This document shows, piece after piece, positions 41,142 through 51,599 of a stretch of 64,000 nucleotides of DNA. Under the pieces are notes generated by a model. That model searched no databases, was not told the origin of the DNA, and worked only from the letters and a program-made list of their open reading frames with translations. This DNA is from an uncultured Thermodesulfobacteriota bacterium (GTDB lineage: Bacteria; Desulfobacterota; Anaeroferrophillalia; Anaeroferrophillales; Anaeroferrophillaceae), in the NCBI GenBank assembly GCA_964478545.1, contig CAYZIS010000013.1, positions 3,747 to 67,746 of the forward strand, given 5' to 3'. The first letter of the stretch is position 1. Every line of letters begins with the position of its first letter. A program made the position numbers and the translations under genes.

Positions 41142-44100
41142 AAAAATCAGCACTCACCAATAACCACGGCTATATTCTGCTGCCGGTGATCATGATGTTC
41201 AGCCTGCTGGCGGCCATCGCTTTCCTGGTGAACCGGAACAATAGCGTCCCCTTGCGGATGATTGTTAATGATGCCCAGGTGGACCAGGCCCTGGCCGTTG
41301 CCGGGGCCGGCCTGGAGCATGCCAAATGGCTGGTCCAGGACAATGTCTGCGGTGGTGATTTGATTCTTGGGGCCACCGCTCTTGGCGATCACAGCTATAC
41401 GGCCACGGTGGATGCCGCTGCCACCACCACCAACCATTACACTTTGCAGCCGGACCGGGATGCCGCGATCCAGGAAACGGCCCCGGGTCAAAACTTTGGA
41501 AACAGCACCGCCATGGCGGTGAAAACTCAGGCGGGAGATAGTCGGCGGGCCCTTTATCATTTTGTCCTCTCGATCATCCCGGAGCAAACCCGGGTAACCT
41601 CGGCGACCCTGTGGCTCCATGTTATCGATAATGATTCTCTGGGCACCATCAACCTCCACCCGGTCAATGATACCTGGATAGAAAATTGGGTAACCTGGAA
41701 CAACATTGCTGCAAGTTATGATGACCAGGTTCTGGGCCGTATTTCCCCGCAGTTGAGCGGCAACTCTTGGGTGGCGATCAACTTGACGGCTATGACCCAG
41801 TTTTGGGTCAACAATCCTTCTGCCAACCATGGAATGATGTTGATCTCGGCGCTGGAAGACAGCCTGGAATCCACCTATACAAGCGACGATTCCGGCAGCC
41901 TGTGCCCGTACCTGGAGATCAGCACTGCGGTTGGTGCCACTTCACCGGTCACCATCACTGCCAGCGCCACTCTTGATTCCGGGGTGATCCGCACCCTGAG
42001 CCGGGTGGCATACAAGGCCTATCAGCGGAGTACTACTATTATCTTGCAGCCGGATGCGGCGGCGGGCAAGGATGCCTATGTATCTATTTTTTGGTCCAGC
42101 GGGAACTACGGCGCCAGCGATGATCTCTGGGTGCAAGATTGGGATAATGACGTTGATAAAGTTCATTATAAAAGCCTGCTCTGGTTTGATATCAGCCCTA
42201 TCCCCATCGGCTCCAGGGTGCTGAGCGCTGTCCTTTCCCTTTACCAGAACACCCCCAGTACCAACGGCGGACTGGTGGAAGTGCACCGGGTGACCAGTGA
42301 CTGGGTCGAAGGTGATGAAAACGGATCTTCAGGTGCGGGTGCCACCTGGGATGACCGCGATACAGGCCTGCCGTGGAACACCAACGGCGGGGACTATGAT
42401 TTAATTCCAATTGCCAGCACCCAACTTCCTGCTGGGATCAAGGATTGGTTTGATTGGGATATTACTGAACTGGTGAATGGCTGGATCAACGGTGCCTATG
42501 ACAACAACGGTCTGATCCTGCTGCCCGGGGCCTATGGCACCGCCGTCTGTTTCAACAGCAGTGATGAGGGTAAGAAAGATGCTCCCCTGTTGACCATCAC
42601 CTATGCCTGTGAATGCGGTGACGCCGGGGTTGCGCCCCAAGGCTCCGGCAGGGTGTTGCTGGTGGTGGACAGGCCCTACAATCTTACCGCGAATGAAGTG
42701 ATTAAAAAATCCTTGTTTGAGGCCTGGGGTTATACCGTCACCTTGATTAATGATGATGACGATTTCGAAGATGAGTTGGCTGCCAACGATGTGGTCTATG
42801 TTTCTGAGAGTGTCAATTCGTCTGATATCGATACCAAGCTCACCAATGCCACCATCGGCGTGGTAAATGAAGAAGGCTATTTAAATGATGAGTTAGGGAT
42901 CGAGTCCGACAATTCCAGCAATTGGCCGGTGGGCGATAGCCTTGAGATCACAGACAATAGCCATTATATCACGGTGCTCTTTCCTCATGGGGTGCTGCCT
43001 ATCTACCGTGCTGATATGCAGGGACTGGCGGTAGGGAGCACTCCGGCGCCGGATTTACAGACCTTGGCCAACTGGAGTTCCTGGCCGACCATCGCGACGC
43101 TGGATGCCGGGGCTGCCAAGGCCGGCGGCGGTACTGCTGCCGGACGCCGGGTCATGCTGCCCATCGGCCGTGATGGTTCTGTCCACTGGCGCTATATCAA
43201 CAATAACGGTCTCCTGATTGTCCAGCGGGCCCTCCAGTGGGCGGCTGGCGGTGAACTATCGTTTGATCCTGGTTTAATCGCCCACTGGAAGCTTGATGAC
43301 GGCAGTGGAACAACCGCCGTGGATTCAGTGGGTGGACATGACGGAACTCTTGCAGGTGATCCGAACTGGGTGGCAGGTGCGTTTGGGGGTGCCCTGGATT
43401 TTGACGGCAGTGGCGATTATGTGGATGTTGGCCATGTGTTGGATGGTGGTGTCCAGCAAATCTCGGTGACCGCCTGGATCTTTAAACGTGATTCTGGGGA
43501 CGACCGCGTTATCTGCAAGTCTTCAGGTACCGCGATTGTCGATCATATCTTTTCGCTTGGGGTGGCAGATACCACGATCCGTGTTAGGCTGGGAACAACA
43601 GACAACGGAGGAACGGACAATTATGATGGCGGATTAATTCCCTTGAATGCGTGGGTTCACCTGGCGTTCACATACGATGGCGCCATGCTGAGAATATATA
43701 AGAATGGGACGGAAACGGCGTCTTATGCGGTTACGGGAGATATGATTGCTTCCACGCTGGCTGTTGCCATTGGTAATGTGAATGCCACCGATGATCGTTA
43801 CTGGAACGGTCTGCTTGACGATGTCCGTATCTATGACCGGGCGATGACCGCCGGCGAAGTTGTTGCTCTGACGGTTGGCACCTTCCTGGATGAATTTAAT
43901 AATCAGAGCTATGGCAATAATGACGGCAGTCTGTCGTGGGCTGCCGGCTGGGTCGAGGGCGGAGAAACAACCGATCCCATTGATGGGGATCTCCAGGTTG
44001 TCGCCGATATCAGCAACTACCAGCTGCGGCTCAGGGATAACGGTCGAAACGTCATGCGCGAAGCCAACCTCAGCGCCTTTACGTTCGCGACCCTCAGTTT

Positions 44101-44356
44101 CGAGTACCGGCGTGACAGTCTGGACAAAACGGGTGAGTTTTACGATATCCAGGTTTCCGGGGACGGTGGCACCACCTGGCATGATTTGGATCGTTTTGCC
44201 GGCCCGGCCACTGATGGGGCTTATACCCTGGTCAGTTACGATATTTCCGCCTACTGTGCCTCGAATACCCAGATTCGATTCATCTCTTCGACAGCGAATA
44301 TGTCAGATGGAGACCTTGTCTGGATCGACAACGTCGAGATTTCCTGCAGCCCATGA
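41138..44356 (+). CDS. Giant PilX/GspK-like minor pilin adhesin (2x DNRLRE, unassigned alpha/beta domain, LamG, C-terminal beta-sandwich)
   Basis: HG|YILLPVIMM...ALAVAGAGLEHA; DRDAAIQE..RALYHF..SATLWL and KDAYV..SLLWFD..SAVLSLY; AHWKLDDGSG...WVHLAFTYDG...GLLDDVRIYDRA. Confidence 0.8.
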   Translation: MKKSALTNNHGYILLPVIMMFSLLAAIAFLVNRNNSVPLRMIVNDAQVDQALAVAGAGLEHAKWLVQDNVCGGDLILGATALGDHSYTATVDAAATTTNHYTLQPDRDAAIQETAPGQNFGNSTAMAVKTQAGDSRRALYHFVLSIIPEQTRVTSATLWLHVIDNDSLGTINLHPVNDTWIENWVTWNNIAASYDDQVLGRISPQLSGNSWVAINLTAMTQFWVNNPSANHGMMLISALEDSLESTYTSDDSGSLCPYLEISTAVGATSPVTITASATLDSGVIRTLSRVAYKAYQRSTTIILQPDAAAGKDAYVSIFWSSGNYGASDDLWVQDWDNDVDKVHYKSLLWFDISPIPIGSRVLSAVLSLYQNTPSTNGGLVEVHRVTSDWVEGDENGSSGAGATWDDRDTGLPWNTNGGDYDLIPIASTQLPAGIKDWFDWDITELVNGWINGAYDNNGLILLPGAYGTAVCFNSSDEGKKDAPLLTITYACECGDAGVAPQGSGRVLLVVDRPYNLTANEVIKKSLFEAWGYTVTLINDDDDFEDELAANDVVYVSESVNSSDIDTKLTNATIGVVNEEGYLNDELGIESDNSSNWPVGDSLEITDNSHYITVLFPHGVLPIYRADMQGLAVGSTPAPDLQTLANWSSWPTIATLDAGAAKAGGGTAAGRRVMLPIGRDGSVHWRYINNNGLLIVQRALQWAAGGELSFDPGLIAHWKLDDGSGTTAVDSVGGHDGTLAGDPNWVAGAFGGALDFDGSGDYVDVGHVLDGGVQQISVTAWIFKRDSGDDRVICKSSGTAIVDHIFSLGVADTTIRVRLGTTDNGGTDNYDGGLIPLNAWVHLAFTYDGAMLRIYKNGTETASYAVTGDMIASTLAVAIGNVNATDDRYWNGLLDDVRIYDRAMTAGEVVALTVGTFLDEFNNQSYGNNDGSLSWAAGWVEGGETTDPIDGDLQVVADISNYQLRLRDNGRNVMREANLSAFTFATLSFEYRRDSLDKTGEFYDIQVSGDGGTTWHDLDRFAGPATDGAYTLVSYDISAYCASNTQIRFISSTANMSDGDLVWIDNVEISCSP

Positions 44357-44514
44357 GGCAACGCCAGAATAAAGAGGTGCTTTCTGTAGTGCGTATGTTG
44401 TTTTGATGAAGTCGGTTATAACTTTTTTGGTTCCGGCTATGCCGGGTTAGGGATTAAGTATTTTCAATTTTGTTCGATAGGTAATAATGAACCTTTATGC
44501 AGGTGGTATTGTAA

Positions 44515-46377
44515 GTGGCTAAAGCCGTAAAAAAACAGATGCCCTCCAACCAGCGGCTGGGCCTGATGGTGCTGCTGGCTTCCGTGGTCGCCGCCGGTCT
44601 GGTAATATTTTTTTTCCTCAACCAGAACCGGCAGCTCAACACAGACCAGCTTCATCGCCAGGGTTATCAGCTGGTTCGCCTGCTGGCGAAAATCATTCCC
44701 GCCGAGCCGGAGAGTTCCACCTCGCGGTTGGCGGAAGTGCGGCATACCCTGGCCGGGGTTGAAGACATGCCGTCTTTCGCCTTTCTGGCAATTCTTGATC
44801 AAAAGGGGGTGGTGCTGGAACGTCTGGCGCCGCCGGGGGGCACTCTGCCCTCCTTCAGTCCTGATCCTGATCCGGCTTCCTGGTATTATGAACGGATCGG
44901 CAGAAAGATGCCCGGCAGTGGCAAGCTGATGGAGTTTGGAGCGCCGCTGCTTCGTAGTGGTGAGTTGTACGGTCACCTGACCCTGGGCTTTTATGAGCCG
45001 ACGATCAATGTTATCGGCCATTATCGGGGTCTGCTGGCTGATATGTTTCTGCCCATCTTCCTGCTCGGGACCATCTTCTACCTGCTGTTAAAACAGGAAA
45101 CCAAGGTGATTTCTACCCTGAGCGGTGAGATCAGGAAGCTGATTGATAACGATAAGCTGCCTTCAGGGGTCAGCTTCAAAGCTTCTGGGGAAGTAAGGGA
45201 ACTGGCTGACGACTTAAACCAGCTGCTGCAGAAAAATATTTCGCGCCTCAAGGAGATGGAGGATGAGTATTCCCGGGTGCTGGATTCCAGCAAGGTGGTC
45301 CAGTATAAGAAAAACCGACTGGAAGCAATTTTCGAGCTGATGCCCGACGGCTTTTTAATCATGGATGATGCCTGCAGTCCTACCTATGTCAACCGCAGGT
45401 TCGCCGCCCTCCTGGGCCTGGAGCCCAAGGATATCATTGGCAGTCATTATCACCTCTGGTGCCATAACGAGCGGCTGTCGGCGCTTTTTTCCCGCTACCA
45501 GAGCGGCGGCAAGGAATGCCTTCGCCGGTCTGAGGAGATCTCTTTCGTGCCTGAACATGCTCCGGGGACAACCATCCTGGTCCGTTTCATTCCCTTTTCC
45601 CAGCGGGACAAAGGTGCCGTTTCCGGCATCCTGGTGCTGGCCCATGATGTGACCGCCGAAGTCATGGCCGAGAAGGCCCGGGATGAATTTATCGCCCAGG
45701 TTTCCCATGAATTGAAGGCGCCGCTCAATGTGATTAAAATCTATAATGAGATGCTGATGGGCGAGGACGGAAAGCAGGAATCATTTCGCCTGGAGGCGGT
45801 GAACACCATCAATGACGCGGTTGAGCGCCTGACGATGCTGATTAAAAATCTGCTCTCCATTTCCCAGATTGAAATGGGTAGTATCGTGGTTGAGCGGCAG
45901 CGGATCAAGCTGCTTGAGCTGGTGCAGGATGTCTTTTCGCTGATATCCAAGACCGGGGGGAGGGATGAACTTGAATTCCATCTCGATCTGCCCCGGAAAA
46001 TGAGTCATGTGAATGTGGACAAGGACCTGATGAGTGTGGCACTCAACAACCTGTTGACCAACGCGGTCAAATACAACCGGCCGGGGGGCAGGGTGGACGT
46101 GGCCGTTGAGGAAAACAGCGAAGAGATTCTCATCAGGGTCCGGGATACGGGCATCGGCATTGCCGCCGGGGACCAGAAAAATATTTTTGACAAGTTTTAT
46201 CGCTCTGCTGACGAAAAGGTACGAGGCAGGGAAGGTCACGGACTGGGCCTGTCTCTGGCCAAGGCCATCGTCGAGCTGCATAATGGCAGGCTGCTGGTGG
46301 ACAGTACCCCGGGTGAGGGGACTGAATTTACCATTGTTCTGCGAAAAACGGAAGGCCTGGTGAAGGAATCTCTATGA
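44515..46377 (+). CDS. Membrane sensor histidine kinase (2 TM, PAS, HisKA, HATPase)
   Basis: VSHELKAPL, NLLTNAVKYN, DTGIGI, GHGLGLS. Confidence 0.95.
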   Translation: MAKAVKKQMPSNQRLGLMVLLASVVAAGLVIFFFLNQNRQLNTDQLHRQGYQLVRLLAKIIPAEPESSTSRLAEVRHTLAGVEDMPSFAFLAILDQKGVVLERLAPPGGTLPSFSPDPDPASWYYERIGRKMPGSGKLMEFGAPLLRSGELYGHLTLGFYEPTINVIGHYRGLLADMFLPIFLLGTIFYLLLKQETKVISTLSGEIRKLIDNDKLPSGVSFKASGEVRELADDLNQLLQKNISRLKEMEDEYSRVLDSSKVVQYKKNRLEAIFELMPDGFLIMDDACSPTYVNRRFAALLGLEPKDIIGSHYHLWCHNERLSALFSRYQSGGKECLRRSEEISFVPEHAPGTTILVRFIPFSQRDKGAVSGILVLAHDVTAEVMAEKARDEFIAQVSHELKAPLNVIKIYNEMLMGEDGKQESFRLEAVNTINDAVERLTMLIKNLLSISQIEMGSIVVERQRIKLLELVQDVFSLISKTGGRDELEFHLDLPRKMSHVNVDKDLMSVALNNLLTNAVKYNRPGGRVDVAVEENSEEILIRVRDTGIGIAAGDQKNIFDKFYRSADEKVRGREGHGLGLSLAKAIVELHNGRLLVDSTPGEGTEFTIVLRKTEGLVKESL

Positions 46378-46760
46378 GTAAAAAAAAGATTATGCTGGTG
46401 GAGGATGATGTAAGCGTCTCCCGGATACTGCAGCTGACCATTGAACGTCAGGGGCATGAAGTGCACTGCGCCGGCAACGGGGAAGTGGCCCTTAAGGTCA
46501 TGGAGGAATACTGGCCTGAGGTGCTGATCACCGATATCAATATGCCCCGTATGTCCGGCCGGGATCTGTGCCTGCAGCTCAACGAGCGCTATCCGGATCG
46601 TAAGTTGATGATTGTGATCATGACCTCGATGACCGAGCGGCAGGAAAAGGAATGGATTGGTCAATTTCCCCGCATCCACTTTATGGAGAAACCGTTGAGC
46701 CCGAAACGCCTGCTGGCCCTGATTGAAACCACAGGTGATCCAACTGCTGAGAACGGCTGA
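46374..46760 (+). CDS. Single-domain response regulator
   Basis: LVEDD, TDINMPRMSG, EKPLSP. Confidence 0.93.
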   Translation: MSKKKIMLVEDDVSVSRILQLTIERQGHEVHCAGNGEVALKVMEEYWPEVLITDINMPRMSGRDLCLQLNERYPDRKLMIVIMTSMTERQEKEWIGQFPRIHFMEKPLSPKRLLALIETTGDPTAENG

Positions 46761-46770
46761 AGGGATTCCC

Positions 46771-48282
46771 ATGAAAAATCTGCTGCAAAAAATAGATTTT
46801 CCCTATTATCACCGGCTTTTTCACCGGCTCTATTCCACCGGGCTGAAGATGGCTTTCTGCGATCTCGAGGGCAAAGTGCTCTGGCCGGAGGATGGGAAAG
46901 TGGATGATGCCATGGAGTCAGCCCTGGCGGCGCTCTGCCCCGAGGACGATCTTTCCACCCTGTCTCCAGCTGCCGGAGGCGGCTGTTGGACAAGGGAATT
47001 GTCAGGCGGTCTGTATGTCTGCCCGGTACAGCTTATCGGTGAGCACCTGATCGGCTGGCTGGCAATCCTGGTTGATGAAATCCTCGGGGAAGACGAGGCC
47101 CAAAAGCTTAAGGGACTGGTGGATGATGTGGCTGCCGGCATCACCAGGGACTGTCGCTATGAACATGATCTTGATAATTTGGTTGATGAAGTGGCAAAGC
47201 GCTACGAGGAACTGCATCTTGTCTACGGTATGCGCGACCTGATCAAGGAATACCATTACAGCCAGGATATCTTCGAGCCTTTGCTTGAAAAATGTCATCT
47301 TGCTCTGGATACTTCTTTGACCGCTTTCATCTTTCCGGACCGGGATCTGCAGTTGTATCGGCAGGACCCGGCAAAAGATATAGATAACCTCGACCTTCTC
47401 CTGACCAGGATGAACAGTGAAATCTGCCGGTTTATTGCCAGCAGCAAGGAACCCCTGGTGCTCAATCGTGAGGATGATTCCCGCCGGAAGTACTTATGGT
47501 CCGGGGTGCCCTGGAAGATTATGGCTATCCCGATCATGGTTGAACGGAAGATGGTTGCCGCCATTATGATGCTGAGGGCGGCTGATCAGCCGGATTTCAG
47601 CAACAGTGACCGGAATATCAGCGAGGCAATTGCCGAACAGCTGGGCATTATTATCCTCAATCAGGTTATCTACGGCAAGCTGGAGAGTTTTTCCGAGGAG
47701 ATGGCCGCCACCATGATAGAATCCATTGATGCCAAGGATCCCTACACCCGGGGCCATTCAGACCGGGTGAACAGGTATTCCATGGCCATCGGCGAAGCCT
47801 TGAACTTCCCTGAACAGGACATGAAAAACCTCTACTGGTCTTCGCTGCTCCATGACCTGGGAAAGCTCGGGATTCCTGACCAGGTTCTGGGCAAGGTGGG
47901 AAAGCTGGATGAGGATGAATATACCATGATCAAGTCCCATTCCCAGTGCAGCCATGATATCATTGCCCACGTGAAGCGCCTGGCCCCGTCGCTGCGGGCC
48001 ATTCTCCATCACCATGAGCGATATGACGGCACCGGTTATCCTGATGAACTGGCCGGGTTGGCTATCCCCCTGCATGCCCGGATTATTGCCGTGGCGGATA
48101 CTTTTGATGCCATTACCAGTTCCCGTTCATATCGGCCCTCCCGTTTAGTCAGCGAAGCGATGGTGGAACTGCAGCGGGTCAAAGGCACCCAGCTTGATCC
48201 GGAACTGGTTGATTTGTGGCTGGATGTCTATACAACAAAATTTGCGCCGGCAGCCGGAACCCGGACCGGGGAGAAAGAGTAG
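46771..48282 (+). CDS. GAF-containing HD-GYP c-di-GMP phosphodiesterase
   Basis: KDPYTRGHSDRV, LHDLGKLG, HHERYDGTGYPDEL, IIAVADTFDAITS. Confidence 0.93.
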   Translation: MKNLLQKIDFPYYHRLFHRLYSTGLKMAFCDLEGKVLWPEDGKVDDAMESALAALCPEDDLSTLSPAAGGGCWTRELSGGLYVCPVQLIGEHLIGWLAILVDEILGEDEAQKLKGLVDDVAAGITRDCRYEHDLDNLVDEVAKRYEELHLVYGMRDLIKEYHYSQDIFEPLLEKCHLALDTSLTAFIFPDRDLQLYRQDPAKDIDNLDLLLTRMNSEICRFIASSKEPLVLNREDDSRRKYLWSGVPWKIMAIPIMVERKMVAAIMMLRAADQPDFSNSDRNISEAIAEQLGIIILNQVIYGKLESFSEEMAATMIESIDAKDPYTRGHSDRVNRYSMAIGEALNFPEQDMKNLYWSSLLHDLGKLGIPDQVLGKVGKLDEDEYTMIKSHSQCSHDIIAHVKRLAPSLRAILHHHERYDGTGYPDELAGLAIPLHARIIAVADTFDAITSSRSYRPSRLVSEAMVELQRVKGTQLDPELVDLWLDVYTTKFAPAAGTRTGEKE

Positions 48283-48594
48283 ATGATGGAGTTCAGCCGG
48301 ACGGAAATCGGAATGATGACCTACCTTACCCCCAGCGGTTTATTCGCGGACAAACCGGGCCTGGAGGCTTTGAGAGAAACGGTCAAGTCATGCATTCAGG
48401 AGCACCAGTTTCACCTGGTTCTGGACTTGGCCGATGTGTCGACTCTGAATGGGATGATGGTTGATGCCCTGCTCGACATCCAGGATGAACTGGTGCGGCT
48501 CGGCGGCAGCCTGAAGCTGGTCAATGCCAGTCAGGTGATCAGGGAAATTTGTCAGTTTACCGGATTGAACAATTATGTGAACCTGGTGGAGTGA
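48283..48594 (+). CDS. Stand-alone STAS domain protein
   Basis: LVLDLADVSTLNG...GGSLKLVNAS. Confidence 0.8.
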   Translation: MMEFSRTEIGMMTYLTPSGLFADKPGLEALRETVKSCIQEHQFHLVLDLADVSTLNGMMVDALLDIQDELVRLGGSLKLVNASQVIREICQFTGLNNYVNLVE

Positions 48595-48597
48595 AAA

Positions 48598-50307
48598 ATG
48601 CCGGCAGTTGTGAGCGCCATTTATAAACCCCAGAAGAGAATTGGTGATATTCTCCTGGAACGGGAGCTGGTTACCGAGGAGCAGCTCGCTGAGGTTTTCG
48701 TTCTGCAGAAAAAACTTGGCCGGCAGATCGGACAGATCCTGGTTGAGCAGGGGATGGTCGCCGATAAAGATCTGATGCGGGCCTTGGCCGAACAGTACAA
48801 CCTGTCCTATGTCTGGCTTCGTCCCGGGATTTATGATCCCGAAGCCCTGGCGCTGCTGGGCAAGAGAACTGCCCTGCGCCTGGAAATGATGCCGATCATC
48901 AAGGTTCGCTCTCACCTGTACGTGGCTACCAATACCCCCCAGGCAATTCCCGAACTGGATGAAATTGAGAGCCGAACCGGCCTGAAAGTTAAACCGGTGC
49001 TGGCCTGTCGTGCTGATATTATCAAGGCGATAAACGAGTCGTTCTCGGAGTTGAGCCATATATCTGACTTTGTCGGCGATCTGGAAGATGATTTTGAAGT
49101 GCTGGAAAATCAGAACCCTGATGATTTCACCGCTATTGATGAAATGGCCGAAGGCAGTCCGATTGTCAACCTGGTTAACTCGATTATCCAGCGGGCGGTG
49201 AAGGACAAGGCCAGTGATATCCACATCGAACCTTCACGGACCAAGTGCCGGGTGCGCATGCGGATAGACGGCGTCCTCTACGAGATCATGTCGCCGAAAA
49301 TCAAGATGCACGCGGCGCTGGTTTCACGGCTGAAGGTGATGGCAAATCTTGACATCGCCGAACGGCGGCTGCCCCAGGACGGCAGGATCCAGGTGAATAC
49401 CCGGGGCCGGGTTGTTGACCTCAGGTTCAGCTCCCTGCCCGGCATCTTCGGGGAAAAGGTTGTCCTGCGGGTGCTCGACAAGGACCAGTCCATTCTTGAG
49501 ATTGATAAACTGGGCATGAGCGAGCTGAATGAGCAGGAGTTTCGCCGGCTCCTCCAGCGCAGCAGCGGTCTTCTCCTGGTGACCGGGCCCACCGGCAGCG
49601 GCAAAACCACCACCCTCTACGCGGCTATTAATCACCTCAACAGCCTGGAAAAAAATATTGTTACCATCGAAGACCCGGTGGAATATCAACTGGATATTGT
49701 CAACCAGAATCAGGTAAAGGAAAGCATTGGTCTCGGATTCGCGATGATGCTCAAGCATATCCTCAGGCAGGATCCGGATATCATTATGGTGGGTGAAATT
49801 CGTGATCGGGAAACTGCCGAAATTGCCGTCCAGGCATCCCTGACCGGACACCTGGTCCTTTCCACCCTGCATACCAACAGCTGTGTCGGGGCTATCAGCC
49901 GGCTGTTGGAAATGGGGGTGGAGCCCTTCCTGCTTTCTTCGGCGTTAAGCGGGGTCATTGGTCAGCGGCTGGTGCGTACCGTCTGCCCGGCCTGCAAAAC
50001 CACCTATATCCCCGGCAATGAGATGGTTGAGAAAATGGGGATGGAAGCTGGTGGAGGTCTTAAATTTGCCCGGGGAAGAGGGTGCCCGGAATGCTATGAT
50101 TCCGGCTACAAGGGGCGTATTGCCATCCATGAAATCCTGGCTACGGATAGCAACCTCCAGCGGCTGATGAACCGTAATCCGACCAATGATGATCTGGAAC
50201 GCTATGTTACTGAACGGGAGCTGGTCACGATCTTCAAAGATGGTTATCAACGGGTGCGACAGGGCCTGACGACACCGGAGGAAATCAGCCGGATAGTGAA
50301 CCTCTGA
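48598..50307 (+). CDS. GspE/PilB-type assembly ATPase with MshEN domain
   Basis: RIGDILLERELVTEEQLAEVFVLQ and QIGQILVEQGMVADKDLMRALAEQ; LDIAERRLPQDG; GPTGSGKTTT; LRQDPD; CPACK/CPEC. Confidence 0.95.
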   Translation: MPAVVSAIYKPQKRIGDILLERELVTEEQLAEVFVLQKKLGRQIGQILVEQGMVADKDLMRALAEQYNLSYVWLRPGIYDPEALALLGKRTALRLEMMPIIKVRSHLYVATNTPQAIPELDEIESRTGLKVKPVLACRADIIKAINESFSELSHISDFVGDLEDDFEVLENQNPDDFTAIDEMAEGSPIVNLVNSIIQRAVKDKASDIHIEPSRTKCRVRMRIDGVLYEIMSPKIKMHAALVSRLKVMANLDIAERRLPQDGRIQVNTRGRVVDLRFSSLPGIFGEKVVLRVLDKDQSILEIDKLGMSELNEQEFRRLLQRSSGLLLVTGPTGSGKTTTLYAAINHLNSLEKNIVTIEDPVEYQLDIVNQNQVKESIGLGFAMMLKHILRQDPDIIMVGEIRDRETAEIAVQASLTGHLVLSTLHTNSCVGAISRLLEMGVEPFLLSSALSGVIGQRLVRTVCPACKTTYIPGNEMVEKMGMEAGGGLKFARGRGCPECYDSGYKGRIAIHEILATDSNLQRLMNRNPTNDDLERYVTERELVTIFKDGYQRVRQGLTTPEEISRIVNL

Positions 50308-50326
50308 GAGATGGACAGGCGGGCAG

Positions 50327-51445
50327 ATGGCGATTGACCTGGGCAAGAAAGCAGTTTCGGCCGGAAAGCAGGCAAAGTCTGGAAAGCCTTTATTTTCATT
50401 GCCACACCTCCGGGTTTCCAACAAGGCTCGCATCTTTTTTGTTCAGCGTCTGGCCCTGCTGCTCGAAACCGGAGGAGCTCTCTACCCAAGCCTTGAGTCC
50501 TTGCGGTCCCAAACCAGTGATGAATCCCTGGCGGCAGCCATCGGCGAGATGGCCGAGGATGTCAGGGAAGGCAAGGCGTTTTCCGAGGCGTTGCTTCATC
50601 ATCCAGAGATATTTTCCCCGACCTATGTGAGCTTGATCGGGGCTGCAGAGCGCGGCGGCTACCTTCCCAAAATCCTCTACCAGCTGCTGGAGATGGAAGA
50701 AAAACAGGAAAAAATGCGTTCCACCATTTTTTCCGCCATCTCCTACCCGGCTTTTCTGCTGGTTTTTTCCACAGCGGTGGTGATTTTCATCCTGGCGGTG
50801 GTTTTCCCCAAGTTTGCCGATATGTTTGCGGCCATCCACGATCAGTTGCCGATAACCACCCTGTTCCTCATGGCCGTGAGTGAGGTGATGCGGAAATTCT
50901 GGTTTCTCATTATTCCTGGCTTCGTGGTTTTCCTGATGGCTGTTGTTTATTGGTATAGGTCGGCCGCCGGGAAAAGGCTGATAGACAGGGCGAAATTGCG
51001 TCTGCCGGTGATCCGGGATGTGTTTGTCCAGATTTATCTCGTTCAGTTTTTACGGATGATGAGCCTGTCGCTGTCGGGGGGGGTGCCCCTGCTTGATATC
51101 CTTTCGGTCAGTCGGGGGATGATCGAAAACCAGTTATTTGATACTTTTATTGACAGCCTTGCCGCCCGGGTGACCGAAGGCCAGGGCCTGGCCATCGGCT
51201 TTGAAACGGAACCATTTATTCCCGCCATCACCAGGCAGATGATCAGGACCGGCGAGGAAAGCGGCACCCTGGCAATGGTGATGAGCAAAATCGCTGATTT
51301 TTATGAACAGGAAATTGAAAAAAAGCTGAAAACCTTTGAAAAAATTATCGAACCGCTGATGCTGGTGGTTATGGGGGTGGTCGTGGGGGTGATCGTTGCC
51401 TCGCTTATCCTGCCGATCTTTAAACTGAGCCGGGCAGTGCGCTGA
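50327..51445 (+). CDS. GspF/PilC platform protein
   Basis: AERGGYL, YPAFLLV, GEESGTL, IEPLMLVVMG. Confidence 0.93.
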   Translation: MAIDLGKKAVSAGKQAKSGKPLFSLPHLRVSNKARIFFVQRLALLLETGGALYPSLESLRSQTSDESLAAAIGEMAEDVREGKAFSEALLHHPEIFSPTYVSLIGAAERGGYLPKILYQLLEMEEKQEKMRSTIFSAISYPAFLLVFSTAVVIFILAVVFPKFADMFAAIHDQLPITTLFLMAVSEVMRKFWFLIIPGFVVFLMAVVYWYRSAAGKRLIDRAKLRLPVIRDVFVQIYLVQFLRMMSLSLSGGVPLLDILSVSRGMIENQLFDTFIDSLAARVTEGQGLAIGFETEPFIPAITRQMIRTGEESGTLAMVMSKIADFYEQEIEKKLKTFEKIIEPLMLVVMGVVVGVIVASLILPIFKLSRAVR

Positions 51446-51490
51446 ATAGTGGGTCGGGAAAACATTTTTTTGCCTCAGGAAAATATTTTC

Positions 51491-51518
51491 TAAAGTCTGA
51501 TGTTCAGCCTGACGATAC
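51491..51518 (+). promoter_or_regulatory. sigma-28-like promoter of the major pilin
   Basis: TAAAG-N15-GACGATAC, the same architecture as the site at 39953. Confidence 0.6.
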
Positions 51519-51599
51519 TAAAAGTATTGAAAATATTAGAAAAAGAGAAAAACCAGACAGGGATGTCAGTTTAAACCCAACAACAAGAGGATGGGAGTT

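Noticed and set aside
44454-44480. sigma-28 site before the histidine kinase (TTAAG-N14-TTCGATAG)
   Set aside because: Two mismatches in the -10 box; too weak to list as a feature.
51446-51599. c-di-GMP riboswitch upstream of the pilin or other cluster genes
   Set aside because: No GEMM-type GGCAAAC/GAAA...ACGCAAAGC pattern was seen in the intergenic regions of the cluster.
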